DNA of 30,543 nucleotides from a virus: the IMG/VR virus record IMGVR_UViG_3300010970_000074; one strand, 5' to 3'. The position numbers and the translations under genes are program-made. The notes beneath the pieces are model-generated. The model was given only the letters and a program-made list of their open reading frames with translations, was not told the origin of the DNA and ran no database searches. Shown piece by piece: positions 7,911 through 17,031 of this stretch; positions within the stretch are counted from its first letter, which is position 1, and each line of letters starts with the position of its first letter.

Positions 7911-9596
7911 ATGGCACAAGAAACATTAAAAATTACGATAACGGCTGACAATAAACAAGCCGTTCAAAATATACAAGAAACTGTTGCTGCCACAACTCAA
8001 TTAGGTACTGCTTTTAAAAAGATGCCAAATGCAAGTGGACAAGCTACAATGGCTTTGTCAAACTTGTCAAGAGTTGCACAGGATGCTCCATATGGATTTA
8101 TGGGTATTGCAAATAACATTAACCCTTTATTAGAATCATTCCAAAGGTTACAAGCATCAAGTGGTAGCACAAGTTCAGCATTGAAAGCAATGGGTTCGGC
8201 TTTAATAGGTCCAGCAGGTATTGGTTTGGCGGTTGGTGTTGTTTCTTCTTTAATAGTTTCTTTTGGTGATGAAATAATAAATTTTGTAAGTCAAACATCT
8301 TCAGCAGATGTTGCATTGTCAAAGTTTAATACAACAATGTCAAAAAGTGTTGGGGAGGCTCAAGCGGAGATTGATAAACTTGTTATTTTAAATGGTATTG
8401 TTGATGATAGTACAAGAAGCACAACTGAAAGAGAAAGGGCATTAGCACAATTAAAAAATACATATAAGGGTAATTTAGAATTACAAGCATTAGACATTCA
8501 AGATGGTGCTAAATTAAAAATAGTTATTGATAGCATTGCTGAAGCATTAAAGCGTAAAGCATTAGCACAAGCATTTGCAACAGTCATTGCAGAAGAAGAA
8601 GCAAAGAAAGTAAGATTGCAGATTCAAAGTTTTGAGGAAATGCGAGGTAGTGTTGGTGGTGTTACAAAAGCATATGAATTTGTAAAAGCAGCCATTATGG
8701 GTGCTGGTTCTGCTATGTCAATTGTTGATTTAAATACTACATTAGCAAATAAAGCATTAAACCAAAATGCTCAATCAATTAAAGATGTAGATGCAAATTT
8801 ACTTCAATTAAATACGCAATATAAAGCGGTAATAAGCGACCAAATTAAATTTAATGACACTACTAATTTATCAACAAGTGCATTAAAGAAACAAACCGAA
8901 GCATTTGGTGCTTTATTAGCTTTAAGAAAATTAACTCCTGAACAAGTTGGAACATATATTGCACAAGAGAAAAAACCATCTCCTGTTGCACCACCAGCAC
9001 CACAAGGACTTTTAGGTAAAGGACCATCACAAGCAATTGTAGAGGCTGCTGCAATATCCGATGCTGCACACGAACAAGCTAAATTTAATTATTTATTAAA
9101 TGAAGCAGCCACAACTGCTCAATTTATTGCAGATGGTGTTGGTAATATATTCCAATCATTAGCAAATGGAGAAAATATTGGTGAATCAGTTTTAAATGTA
9201 TTTAAAGATTTAACACTACAATTAGCACAAATGGTTGTAAAGGCTTTATTATTTAAAGCAATTATGTCAGCATTGGGAATGGGAGGTGCAGCTGGAACTA
9301 CAACTGATTTAACAGGTGGTTTATTAGGTGGATTAGGAAAATTATTAGGATTTACTCCAATGGCTGAAGGTGGTATAGTAAGCAAACCAACATTCGCAAT
9401 GGTAGGTGAAGGTGGAGAAAGCGAAGCGGTTATGCCTTTGTCTAAATTAGATAGCATATTAGGAAACGCATTTACAAGTGGTGCTAATTCAGGCGGTGGA
9501 ATGAATAGCGGTTCATTTGTATTAAGAGGCAATGATTTGGTTTTAGCATTACAAAGGTCTAATTCATCATTAAATTTAAGGAGAGGTGGCATATAA
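7911..9596 (+). CDS. Tape measure protein
   Basis: 561 aa, directly after the G/T pair, with Ala/Gly/Gln-rich helical and hydrophobic segments (GPAGIGLAVGVVSSLIVSFG). By the ~1.5 A per residue rule it predicts a tail of ~80-85 nm. Confidence 0.8.
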   Translation: MAQETLKITITADNKQAVQNIQETVAATTQLGTAFKKMPNASGQATMALSNLSRVAQDAPYGFMGIANNINPLLESFQRLQASSGSTSSALKAMGSALIGPAGIGLAVGVVSSLIVSFGDEIINFVSQTSSADVALSKFNTTMSKSVGEAQAEIDKLVILNGIVDDSTRSTTERERALAQLKNTYKGNLELQALDIQDGAKLKIVIDSIAEALKRKALAQAFATVIAEEEAKKVRLQIQSFEEMRGSVGGVTKAYEFVKAAIMGAGSAMSIVDLNTTLANKALNQNAQSIKDVDANLLQLNTQYKAVISDQIKFNDTTNLSTSALKKQTEAFGALLALRKLTPEQVGTYIAQEKKPSPVAPPAPQGLLGKGPSQAIVEAAAISDAAHEQAKFNYLLNEAATTAQFIADGVGNIFQSLANGENIGESVLNVFKDLTLQLAQMVVKALLFKAIMSALGMGGAAGTTTDLTGGLLGGLGKLLGFTPMAEGGIVSKPTFAMVGEGGESEAVMPLSKLDSILGNAFTSGANSGGGMNSGSFVLRGNDLVLALQRSNSSLNLRRGGI

Positions 9597-11577
9597 TTTA
9601 AAATACCAAATAACTGCTGCAACCAAAAACAATGAAGTTGCGGTTGTTGAAATGTATATTGATGAAGTAGTTGCTGCGGTGGTTGAATATCCTGCAACTG
9701 CAATTCAGTTACAATACATCCCAAGAAGTGATGATATTTATGAACCTATCTATGCAAGTCAGTTAAATGTCAGTATTGATGTAACTGATGATGATGATAA
9801 TATGCCTGACTTTACAACTTTAAACGATAGGAAATATTTAGTTAAGTTATTTATAGATGGAAGTATTTATTGGCAAGGTTGGGTTTTAAGTGATTTGGTT
9901 CAATACTCATTTACCACAGGCAGAAAAGAATTATCTTTTAATGCTATTGATGGACTTGGAATGTTAGATTACATTCCTTTTACATTTACCGAAACTAATG
10001 TAGTTGGTAACACTAAATTAAGTCCGCAATCGGTTCTTTATTTTTTATATTCTTGTTTAGCTAAAATAGGATTCCCAACAGGATTAAATCTTATTACTGC
10101 TTGTTCTTATTACGCAGCAGGAATGTCAAATAGGGGTGATGGTAGCCAATACGAACCATTTAATCAAAGCTATTTAAGACCTGTTTACTTTCAAAATGAT
10201 GATGAAACATATATACCTTGTTTAGAAGTATTATCACAAATATTAAAGTCATTTGGTTGTAAATTGTATCAGTCCAATGGCAAATGGTATATTGTAGCGG
10301 TTAATGAATTTGCTGCTGCTCCATATTTTGCTTACACATATTTTACGGAATATACACCAAATGGAACATTGGTTACATCAGGTACATTCAATACATTAAG
10401 CGAAATTCAACCATACACAGGAAATACAAGCGGTTTATACTTTACTAATAATAGCCAAATGAAGCTATTTAAAAAAGGTTATAACAATTTTAATTATAGA
10501 TACGATATTAGTTACTCACCTAACTATATTTCAAATCCAAACCTAAAGAGTTTAACAAGTGGATTTCCTACATTATGGCAAACATTTAATCAAGGTTCAG
10601 GCGGAAGCGTTACAATAGTTAGCAAACCTTATGAGGCTAGTGATTGGTTTAATATTACATTAGGAACATCAACAGGTGTTACAGGATTAACGGAGGTTCA
10701 CACAAACCCTGTTGGATATGTAACCGAAAATGACACTTTAACATATACTCAAACATTTTTTGAACAAAGTATTGATAAGGTAAGAGGACAAATACAATTA
10801 CAAATAACAGGTATCGGCGGTGGTGCAGCAATTTATTATTTAAATGTTGATAGCGTTTGGCAAGATGCTTCCGTTGCACCTTTTGATAATTATTATGAAG
10901 TACCTTTAGTAGAAGAAGATAAAATAAATAAGGTATCAATAACAACACCACCAATTCCTATAAATGGCACTTTAGCAATAACTTATATGCTAACTCAAGA
11001 TATAGTGAATTGTGCTACTAATGTAAAGATTGGTTCATTTGGATTGACCTTTACTTCTCCTTTATCATTAATTACATCTACATCAATAGTTGATGCTAAT
11101 AATCAATATCAATTAGAAATGGATTTGCCATTGGGTTATCCTATTTATGATGGCGATGGGGTTAATAGAACACAAGCAAATATGGCTTATGGAACTATTC
11201 AACAATTAGTATCAGGTAACTTTGTATCGGCAACAGGATGGTATCGTTACGGACCTTACACAACCCCTACCGATGGTTTAAGCCAAACTATAATGAAAGA
11301 ATACATAAACAATTATAGAAGGAACTTAATAAATGTGGATTGTAACCTATTTGGAATAACAACAACTAATGGTAATTTTGCTGCTAATAAGTTATTGCAG
11401 ATATTAGATACCGACCCAGCACAAATAAACATTGAAGGAAATAGATATATGACAGGGAATATGACTATTGACATAGTAGGGTGTGAAACTCAAGCTACTT
11501 TATTAGACATTTCAAATGAGGAGATAAGTAGCACAATAGAAACAATATTCACAGTAAACGGAGTACCTTTTAATTAA
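9586..11577 (+). CDS. Tail tip / baseplate structural protein (function not recognised)
   Basis: 663 aa. The GTG start overlaps the tape measure stop by 11 nt. Position after the tape measure suggests a distal tail or hub protein. Confidence 0.5.
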   Translation: MAYNLKYQITAATKNNEVAVVEMYIDEVVAAVVEYPATAIQLQYIPRSDDIYEPIYASQLNVSIDVTDDDDNMPDFTTLNDRKYLVKLFIDGSIYWQGWVLSDLVQYSFTTGRKELSFNAIDGLGMLDYIPFTFTETNVVGNTKLSPQSVLYFLYSCLAKIGFPTGLNLITACSYYAAGMSNRGDGSQYEPFNQSYLRPVYFQNDDETYIPCLEVLSQILKSFGCKLYQSNGKWYIVAVNEFAAAPYFAYTYFTEYTPNGTLVTSGTFNTLSEIQPYTGNTSGLYFTNNSQMKLFKKGYNNFNYRYDISYSPNYISNPNLKSLTSGFPTLWQTFNQGSGGSVTIVSKPYEASDWFNITLGTSTGVTGLTEVHTNPVGYVTENDTLTYTQTFFEQSIDKVRGQIQLQITGIGGGAAIYYLNVDSVWQDASVAPFDNYYEVPLVEEDKINKVSITTPPIPINGTLAITYMLTQDIVNCATNVKIGSFGLTFTSPLSLITSTSIVDANNQYQLEMDLPLGYPIYDGDGVNRTQANMAYGTIQQLVSGNFVSATGWYRYGPYTTPTDGLSQTIMKEYINNYRRNLINVDCNLFGITTTNGNFAANKLLQILDTDPAQINIEGNRYMTGNMTIDIVGCETQATLLDISNEEISSTIETIFTVNGVPFN

Positions 11578-11578
11578 T

Positions 11579-11586
11579 TAACTTTG
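11579..11586 (+). promoter_or_regulatory. Candidate -7 promoter box TAACTTTG, 5 nt before the HNH ATG
   Basis: TAnnTTTG match in the 14-nt gap before 11592. Confidence 0.35.
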
Positions 11587-11591
11587 TAGTT

Positions 11592-12095
11592 ATGGCAGAC
11601 AATGTAATTGGTAAAAATATAAATAACTATCCTAATTATTTTATAAATGAATTAGGAGAAGTAACTAATGTAAAAACAGGTAATAAATTAAAAAATTATC
11701 TTGGTAAAACTGGTTATTATGTAGTAAATCTATATAATGATAAAGGTAAAAAATTAACCTATGTACATAGAATTTTAGCTGAAGCATACTTAAATAAGGT
11801 GCTAGATAAAAATCATATTAACCATAAAAACGGTATCAAATCCGATAATAGATTAGAAAATTTAGAATGGGTAAATCATAGTGAAAATATTAAACATTCT
11901 TATAATACAGGTTTATCAAATTCTACTAAAATAGCAAACTCAATTAAACAATCAAAAGTTGTTTTAGATTTGCAAACTGGTATTTTTTACGAAAGTGCAA
12001 AAGAAGCAGCTAAATTATTAGGAATAAATTCTAATACATTAAGATGTTATTTAAATAATTATTACCCTAATAAAACAAATTTAAAATACGTTTAA
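11592..12095 (+). CDS. HNH homing endonuclease, paralog 2 (inside the tail module)
   Basis: NNYPNYFINELGEVTN, then VHRILAEAYL...INHKNGIKSDNRLENLEWVNHSENIKHSY, then GIFYESAKEAAKLLGINSNTLRCYL. The C-terminus NKTNLKYV is close to paralog 3 (NKTTLIYV). Confidence 0.85.
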   Translation: MADNVIGKNINNYPNYFINELGEVTNVKTGNKLKNYLGKTGYYVVNLYNDKGKKLTYVHRILAEAYLNKVLDKNHINHKNGIKSDNRLENLEWVNHSENIKHSYNTGLSNSTKIANSIKQSKVVLDLQTGIFYESAKEAAKLLGINSNTLRCYLNNYYPNKTNLKYV

Positions 12096-12096
12096 G

Positions 12097-12801
12097 ATGC
12101 CTCAAGCAGTCATAGGAAAAAATATTTTACTTTATTATCACGAACCAGCTTCGGAGACTTACCCAAGCGGTAGGGATATTCCGTTTTCGTGTTCTACAAA
12201 TTGCACATTTAGTGTAAGTGTTGACCAAAAAGAGGTAACAAGCCAAACGAGTGCTTGGTATAGAGAATACAAAAACGACATAGCTACTTGGAGTGTAACT
12301 TGCGATGGTCTTATAACTTTGGATGGTTATGGCTATTTATTCTTACTTCAACAACAACAAGATAGAACAACAATTTTAGTAAAGTTTGTTATTGACAATG
12401 GAATTGATGGTTTGGTAGTGATTAGTGGTAATTGTAATTTAACAAGTTTACAAATTAACGCACCTTATAAGGACATAGCGACTTATTCAGTTAGTTTACA
12501 GGGTACAGGAGCATACGGAACAACAGGAACTACAATCAATCCAAGTGGAACAGTTATTGTTGCTGGAGGTGCGGTTTACACAAAGGGAACAGTTGCATCA
12601 GGTGGCGAAACTACTATTACATATACGGATATGATAGGTAAATCTTGTCTTTATGTTTCACGTGGTGGTATTGATGTTCAAGAAATATTATTATCAGGAA
12701 CGGCAGTTGATGAACAAGTGAAGTGGGTAAGTGCGACAGGTATTTTAACATTTGGAAGGGTATTAGAAAGTGGGGAGTTTATTAGGGCATTATTTCAATA
12801 A
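12097..12801 (+). CDS. Tail-tube-like / distal tail (Dit-like) protein with a C-terminal extension
   Basis: The N-terminal ~140 aa show a tube-protein-like pattern (AVIGKNILLYY...FSVSVDQKEVTSQTSAWYREYKNDIATWSVTCDGL...TILVKFV). A Gly/Thr-rich C-terminal domain follows. Confidence 0.45.
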   Translation: MPQAVIGKNILLYYHEPASETYPSGRDIPFSCSTNCTFSVSVDQKEVTSQTSAWYREYKNDIATWSVTCDGLITLDGYGYLFLLQQQQDRTTILVKFVIDNGIDGLVVISGNCNLTSLQINAPYKDIATYSVSLQGTGAYGTTGTTINPSGTVIVAGGAVYTKGTVASGGETTITYTDMIGKSCLYVSRGGIDVQEILLSGTAVDEQVKWVSATGILTFGRVLESGEFIRALFQ

Positions 12802-12823
12802 TTTAGTTATAAATTAATATAAG

Positions 12824-15800
12824 ATGGCAAATCAAATTGTAGTTTCAGCAGGTGCGAAAGTGAGAAATTTAAGTGGGGTTTTAACGGCTACAAGTGGGGT
12901 AGTAAGTTCACTACCTATTGATGGTTCATTGGGTATTCCACAATTAGATGTTAATGGTAAGATTTTAGTTAGTCAATTACCAAACTCCGTAATGGAGTAC
13001 AAAGGAACTTGGAATGTTTCTACAAATACACCGACATTAGTAAATGGAGTAGGAAATCAGGGAGATGTTTATTTAGTTGAAGGTGCAGCAGTAGGGGGAA
13101 CTTCGTTTAACTTTGGGGCAGGTGCGATTTTATTTTTCAACGGAGACCAAGCTATATATTCTGGAAGTATATGGCAAAGGGCATCGGGAGCAACAGGAAC
13201 AGTTACAAGTGTAGCGATTACTGAAAGCGGAGATAGTTTAAACATTACAGGCTCACCCATTACTACAAGCGGAACGATTAACATAGGGTTCAACGGCACG
13301 AATCTTCAGTATGTAAACGGAACAGGAAACTTGACAACCTTCCCTACTTTAATCACTTCCATAGGTTTATCTATGCCGAGTGCTTTTAGTGTCGCAAATA
13401 GCCCCTTAACGGCTAATGGAACGATTGCAGTAACAGGAGCAGGAACAACTGCACAATACATAAGAGGTGATGGCAGTTTAGCGACATTCCCTACGATTGC
13501 TACAGAGGCTCAAAGATTAATTACGGAGGTTTATAACGAAACAGGTGCTACTTTAACAAAGGGAACAGTTGTTTATATCAATGGTGGACACGGAAACCTA
13601 CCAACAATAACAAAGGCTATTGCAACAGGTGATGCTACATCTGCTCAAACTTATGGTATTGTTCAAACGGACATTACTAATAACAATAACGGCTATGTGG
13701 TGGTTATTGGTTCTTTGGGTGATTTAGATACTCAAGCGTATGCTAATGGTACACAATTATATTTAAGTTCTACTACCGCAGGTGCGTGGACTGATGTTAA
13801 ACAATATGCTCCTGCACATTTAGTGTATGTTGGTATTGTGGTAAGGTCGCATCCAACTCAAGGAGTGGTAGAGGTAAGGATTCAGAATGGCTTTGAAATG
13901 GATGAGCTACATAATGTGTCAGCACAAAGTCCATTAAACAATCAAGGTTTATTTTACAATACTTCAACTTCATTATGGGAGAATAAATCAATAGCGACTG
14001 CTTTAGGTTATACACCTGCAAATGCAGCGTTAGTTGTGCCATATACAGGTGCAACAGGTGATGTTAATTTGGGTTTATATTCACTTACATCTAATAGCAT
14101 AAAGGTTATTGGAGATAATTCAACTTATGGCGGAACATTAAGTATTAAGCAATCTAATGTTACAAGTTTAATAGGAGTAGGATATACTGAATTATTTGGT
14201 AAAACAAATAGATTAGGAATTTCTTTTGGTGCAGGTTATATTGCATTATTAAGCAATTCTACACTAACTGCTGAAAGAACATATACGCTTCCCGATGCTT
14301 CAGGTACTTTAGCTTTAACAACTGATTTAAGCGGTTACCTACCATTAACAGGAGGCACTTTAACAGGTTCTTTAACTTTGCCTAGCAATACTGCAAGTGG
14401 TAATCCTGCGTTATATTTTAATTATGGTGCAAATGCTGCTAGTAGAAGTTGGAGACTTTGCAATGATGTTGAAAGTTTTGGTGATTTTAAAATACAACAA
14501 AGTACTACTCAAACAGGAAGTACTTATGCAGATATATTAAAATTTACTCCAACAGGAGCAGCATTATTTTTTTCATCAATTCAAGCAACTTTATTTTCAT
14601 CAATAGGTGCATCTTCAGGTTATCAAATATATAGAAGGGATACAGATGCTTATGCAGGTGTATGGTATTCAGCAGCAGGTAGTGTTACATTAGATTTAGC
14701 TGGTGCAGCTGGAACTGTTTTAAACTTTGCTTCAACGGGTGTTGCTACATTATCAAATTTATCAGGTTCGGGAACTAGAATGGTTGTTGCTGATTCATCG
14801 GGTGTTTTATCAACTCAAGCGATTCCAAGTGCAGGTGTAACAGGAACAGGAACTACCAACTACCTACCTAAATTCACAGGTACAAGTACAATAGGTAATA
14901 GTTCTATTTCGGATAATGGAACAGGTAGAGTTTCTATTGGTACAACAAGTTTTAATGATAGTTTTGTAATTAGTAATTCAGGTACAACAGGGTGGGAATT
15001 TGGTAATAGTGGTTCAGTAATTACTTATAATAGAAGTACTGCTGCTTATATTCCTATGACTTTTGAAGCATCTAATTATATTTTAAATAGAGGCAATTTA
15101 GGTTTAGGTGTTACACCGAGTCAGCAATTAACTGTTGGAGGTAGAACAACAATTCAACTTTCACTTGTAGCTAGTAATAATACAGGGGCATCTGAAATAT
15201 ATTTTGGAGATAGCGATGCAGTATTTAGAGGATATATTGGCTATCAGCACAATGGAGATTATTTTCAATTTTCTACTTCCGCTTCTGAGAAAATGCGTCT
15301 TTTTGATGATGGCAATTTACTTATACAATCAGGAGGCACATTTACCAACGCAGGCTACAAGCTAGATGTAAACGGAACGGGTAGGTTTTATAATACAGGA
15401 GGAAGTAATACTTTAACAATTAGTGGTACAGGAAGTCCTTATAAATCTATTTTAAAATTACAATATGATGCATCTATTTATGGTGCAACATTAACTTATG
15501 ATGCAAGTCCTGAAAATGTAACATTAGAAAATTACGGAGGGAGTGCTTCGGGATTATCAAGAGGAGATATTAGATTTAGAACAAAAGTTAATAATACTAC
15601 TCCTACTGATGTATTGTCTTTAAATGGATATACGGGTAATGCAACTTTTACAGGTTCAGTTACCGCAACATCATTCTTTGAAAGTTCCGATAGTAGATTA
15701 AAAACACTTATCCAAGATAACTACCAAACAAAAGACATTGCATCAATAACCCCTAAACTTTATACTAAAAACGGAAAGGTTGAATTAGGTTATTATGCTC

Positions 15801-15940
15801 AAGATTTTGTGGGGGTGTTAGATAGTGCAGTTTCAAAAGGTAGTGATGATATGTTATCACTATCTTATCGTGAGGTATTAGTTGCAAAAGTGTACGCTTT
15901 AGAACAAGAGATTAAAGAACTAAAAGCTAAAATGAATTAA
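12824..15940 (+). CDS. Tail fibre / receptor-binding protein with C-terminal S74 intramolecular chaperone domain
   Basis: 1038 aa, rich in Gly/Ser/Thr/Asn. It has tandem ~48-aa repeats at 13202..13495 and a C-terminal SDSRLK...GYYAQDF...YREVLVAKVYALEQEIKELK signature. Confidence 0.85.
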   Translation: MANQIVVSAGAKVRNLSGVLTATSGVVSSLPIDGSLGIPQLDVNGKILVSQLPNSVMEYKGTWNVSTNTPTLVNGVGNQGDVYLVEGAAVGGTSFNFGAGAILFFNGDQAIYSGSIWQRASGATGTVTSVAITESGDSLNITGSPITTSGTINIGFNGTNLQYVNGTGNLTTFPTLITSIGLSMPSAFSVANSPLTANGTIAVTGAGTTAQYIRGDGSLATFPTIATEAQRLITEVYNETGATLTKGTVVYINGGHGNLPTITKAIATGDATSAQTYGIVQTDITNNNNGYVVVIGSLGDLDTQAYANGTQLYLSSTTAGAWTDVKQYAPAHLVYVGIVVRSHPTQGVVEVRIQNGFEMDELHNVSAQSPLNNQGLFYNTSTSLWENKSIATALGYTPANAALVVPYTGATGDVNLGLYSLTSNSIKVIGDNSTYGGTLSIKQSNVTSLIGVGYTELFGKTNRLGISFGAGYIALLSNSTLTAERTYTLPDASGTLALTTDLSGYLPLTGGTLTGSLTLPSNTASGNPALYFNYGANAASRSWRLCNDVESFGDFKIQQSTTQTGSTYADILKFTPTGAALFFSSIQATLFSSIGASSGYQIYRRDTDAYAGVWYSAAGSVTLDLAGAAGTVLNFASTGVATLSNLSGSGTRMVVADSSGVLSTQAIPSAGVTGTGTTNYLPKFTGTSTIGNSSISDNGTGRVSIGTTSFNDSFVISNSGTTGWEFGNSGSVITYNRSTAAYIPMTFEASNYILNRGNLGLGVTPSQQLTVGGRTTIQLSLVASNNTGASEIYFGDSDAVFRGYIGYQHNGDYFQFSTSASEKMRLFDDGNLLIQSGGTFTNAGYKLDVNGTGRFYNTGGSNTLTISGTGSPYKSILKLQYDASIYGATLTYDASPENVTLENYGGSASGLSRGDIRFRTKVNNTTPTDVLSLNGYTGNATFTGSVTATSFFESSDSRLKTLIQDNYQTKDIASITPKLYTKNGKVELGYYAQDFVGVLDSAVSKGSDDMLSLSYREVLVAKVYALEQEIKELKAKMN
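15686..15937 (+). other. Intramolecular chaperone auto-cleaving domain (Peptidase S74-like) of the tail fibre
   Basis: The SDSRLK motif starts at Ser955 (tcc at 15686), followed by a terminal coiled coil, as in endosialidase and T5 L-shaped fibre chaperone domains. Confidence 0.75.
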
Positions 15941-15941
15941 T

Positions 15942-16430
15942 ATGGCAGATACTTGGGCAGGTACGGCAAATAATCAATTAATAACTTTTAAGGCATTTTT
16001 AGATGGAATTGCAACAGGTGGGTTTTATGGATTTTATTATCCTACTGCACCGCCTGATACAAGAGAGGTAATGACTGTTAATGACTTAAATACTTATCAA
16101 ATTTATTTTTATTCTTATTATGGAAGTGCATTACTTTACGACACTTTTACAGGAGTATCCAATTTAAAATGCTTAACTAAATTAGACCTTATACTACAAG
16201 TAGGATTTGATACAAGTTCAACTAATGTTTCAAGTTGTATTGCAGGTTCAATAGAAAATCAAGTATTATATTCAACATCATTTGCGGTTGGTGCTCAATT
16301 ATACACTAATAGAGCATTGACAACGACTAAAACATTTAGTACAAGTAGATGGCTATATAACTTTTCTTATGGTGGGGGTTCGTATCAAGTGAACACATCA
16401 GGGGTTATATTAGCTATTGTTTATTGTTAA
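15942..16430 (+). CDS. Hypothetical protein (tail fibre-associated by position)
   Basis: 162-aa ORF starting 1 nt after the fibre stop. No motif recognised. Confidence 0.6.
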   Translation: MADTWAGTANNQLITFKAFLDGIATGGFYGFYYPTAPPDTREVMTVNDLNTYQIYFYSYYGSALLYDTFTGVSNLKCLTKLDLILQVGFDTSSTNVSSCIAGSIENQVLYSTSFAVGAQLYTNRALTTTKTFSTSRWLYNFSYGGGSYQVNTSGVILAIVYC

Positions 16431-16449
16431 TATTAAAAAATAAAATAAA

Positions 16450-16746
16450 ATGAAAAATATCTCCCCTATCCAAAGTTGGATAAACGGAAAATCAGTTCAA
16501 GCAACAATCATAAATGCCTATGCTATTAATGTAGCATTAGGAGTATCAGCTACTTTTTACTATGCTCTTTTAGATGAGAATTTGGGTATGGTTGCACAAG
16601 GTAATTTAACAATGACAGGCGAAGCGTACACTCAATGGACAACGGATAATATTGCGTGGGATTGGATAGCATCCCAACTTAACCTTACAATCATTGGGGA
16701 TTATGTTCCGCCTGTACCTGAAGTAGTTGCTGAAGTAACCGAATAA
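16450..16746 (+). CDS. Hypothetical protein
   Basis: 98-aa ORF, last gene of the tail operon. No motif recognised. Confidence 0.55.
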   Translation: MKNISPIQSWINGKSVQATIINAYAINVALGVSATFYYALLDENLGMVAQGNLTMTGEAYTQWTTDNIAWDWIASQLNLTIIGDYVPPVPEVVAEVTE

Positions 16747-16749
16747 TAC

Positions 16750-16757
16750 TAATTTTG
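16750..16757 (+). promoter_or_regulatory. Candidate -7 promoter box TAATTTTG
   Basis: TAnnTTTG match 3 nt after the stop at 16746. The two 11-mer repeats follow it. Confidence 0.45.
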
Positions 16758-16765
16758 GCAAAACC

Positions 16766-16799
16766 AATATGTAAACTATTTAATACATAATATGTAAAC
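16766..16799 (+). promoter_or_regulatory. Two direct copies of AATATGTAAAC (16766..16776, 16789..16799), candidate operator
   Basis: Exact 11-mers with 23-nt periodicity between a promoter box and the ATG at 16811. An inverted third copy lies at 21285..21295. Confidence 0.45.
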
Positions 16800-16810
16800 C
16801 AAAAAACACT

Positions 16811-16987
16811 ATGAATTATATAATTAAATGGAATGTAAATAATCCAAAAAAAATAAACAACTATTTATGCGATTTAGGTGCGTTAGGAGTTTCTTTGTGT
16901 TGGTGGGATGGAGAAAATTGGATGCAAATGTGGACTTCTAAATTAGTAAAAGTGTATGGTTGGATTGATATACCTATTTACGACTAA
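16811..16987 (+). CDS. Small Trp-rich hypothetical protein (58 aa, absent from the ORF track)
   Basis: Hand translation gives MNYIIKWNVNNPKKINNYLCDLGALGVSLCWWDGENWMQMWTSKLVKVYGWIDIPIYD*. It fills an otherwise empty 285-nt gap. Confidence 0.45.
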   Translation: MNYIIKWNVNNPKKINNYLCDLGALGVSLCWWDGENWMQMWTSKLVKVYGWIDIPIYD

Positions 16988-17008
16988 CCAAACCTATAAC
17001 AATTAACA

Positions 17009-17016
17009 TATATTTG
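17009..17016 (+). promoter_or_regulatory. Candidate -7 promoter box TATATTTG
   Basis: TAnnTTTG match 15 nt upstream of the ATG at 17032. Confidence 0.45.
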
Positions 17017-17031
17017 TAAAAAATCAAAACA

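Noticed and set aside
13456-13464. RGD tripeptide in the fibre repeat (QYIRGDGSL)
   Set aside because: A three-residue motif inside a Gly/Asp-rich repeat is expected by chance, and integrin-type binding has no relevance for a bacterial host.
8119-14054. Minus-strand ORFs 8119..8322, 8863..9069, 9119..9724, 10679..10954, 13069..13299 and 13797..14054
   Set aside because: All are antisense to the tape measure, tail tip or fibre genes. Their repetitive Gln/Leu/Pro composition mirrors the sense-strand codon bias, and none fills a gap in the gene map.
12824-15940. Possibility of a diversity-generating retroelement acting on the tail fibre
   Set aside because: The fibre has internal repeats, but they are tandem protein repeats. 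No reverse transcriptase gene and no template/variable repeat pair with adenine-specific differences is visible anywhere in the window.
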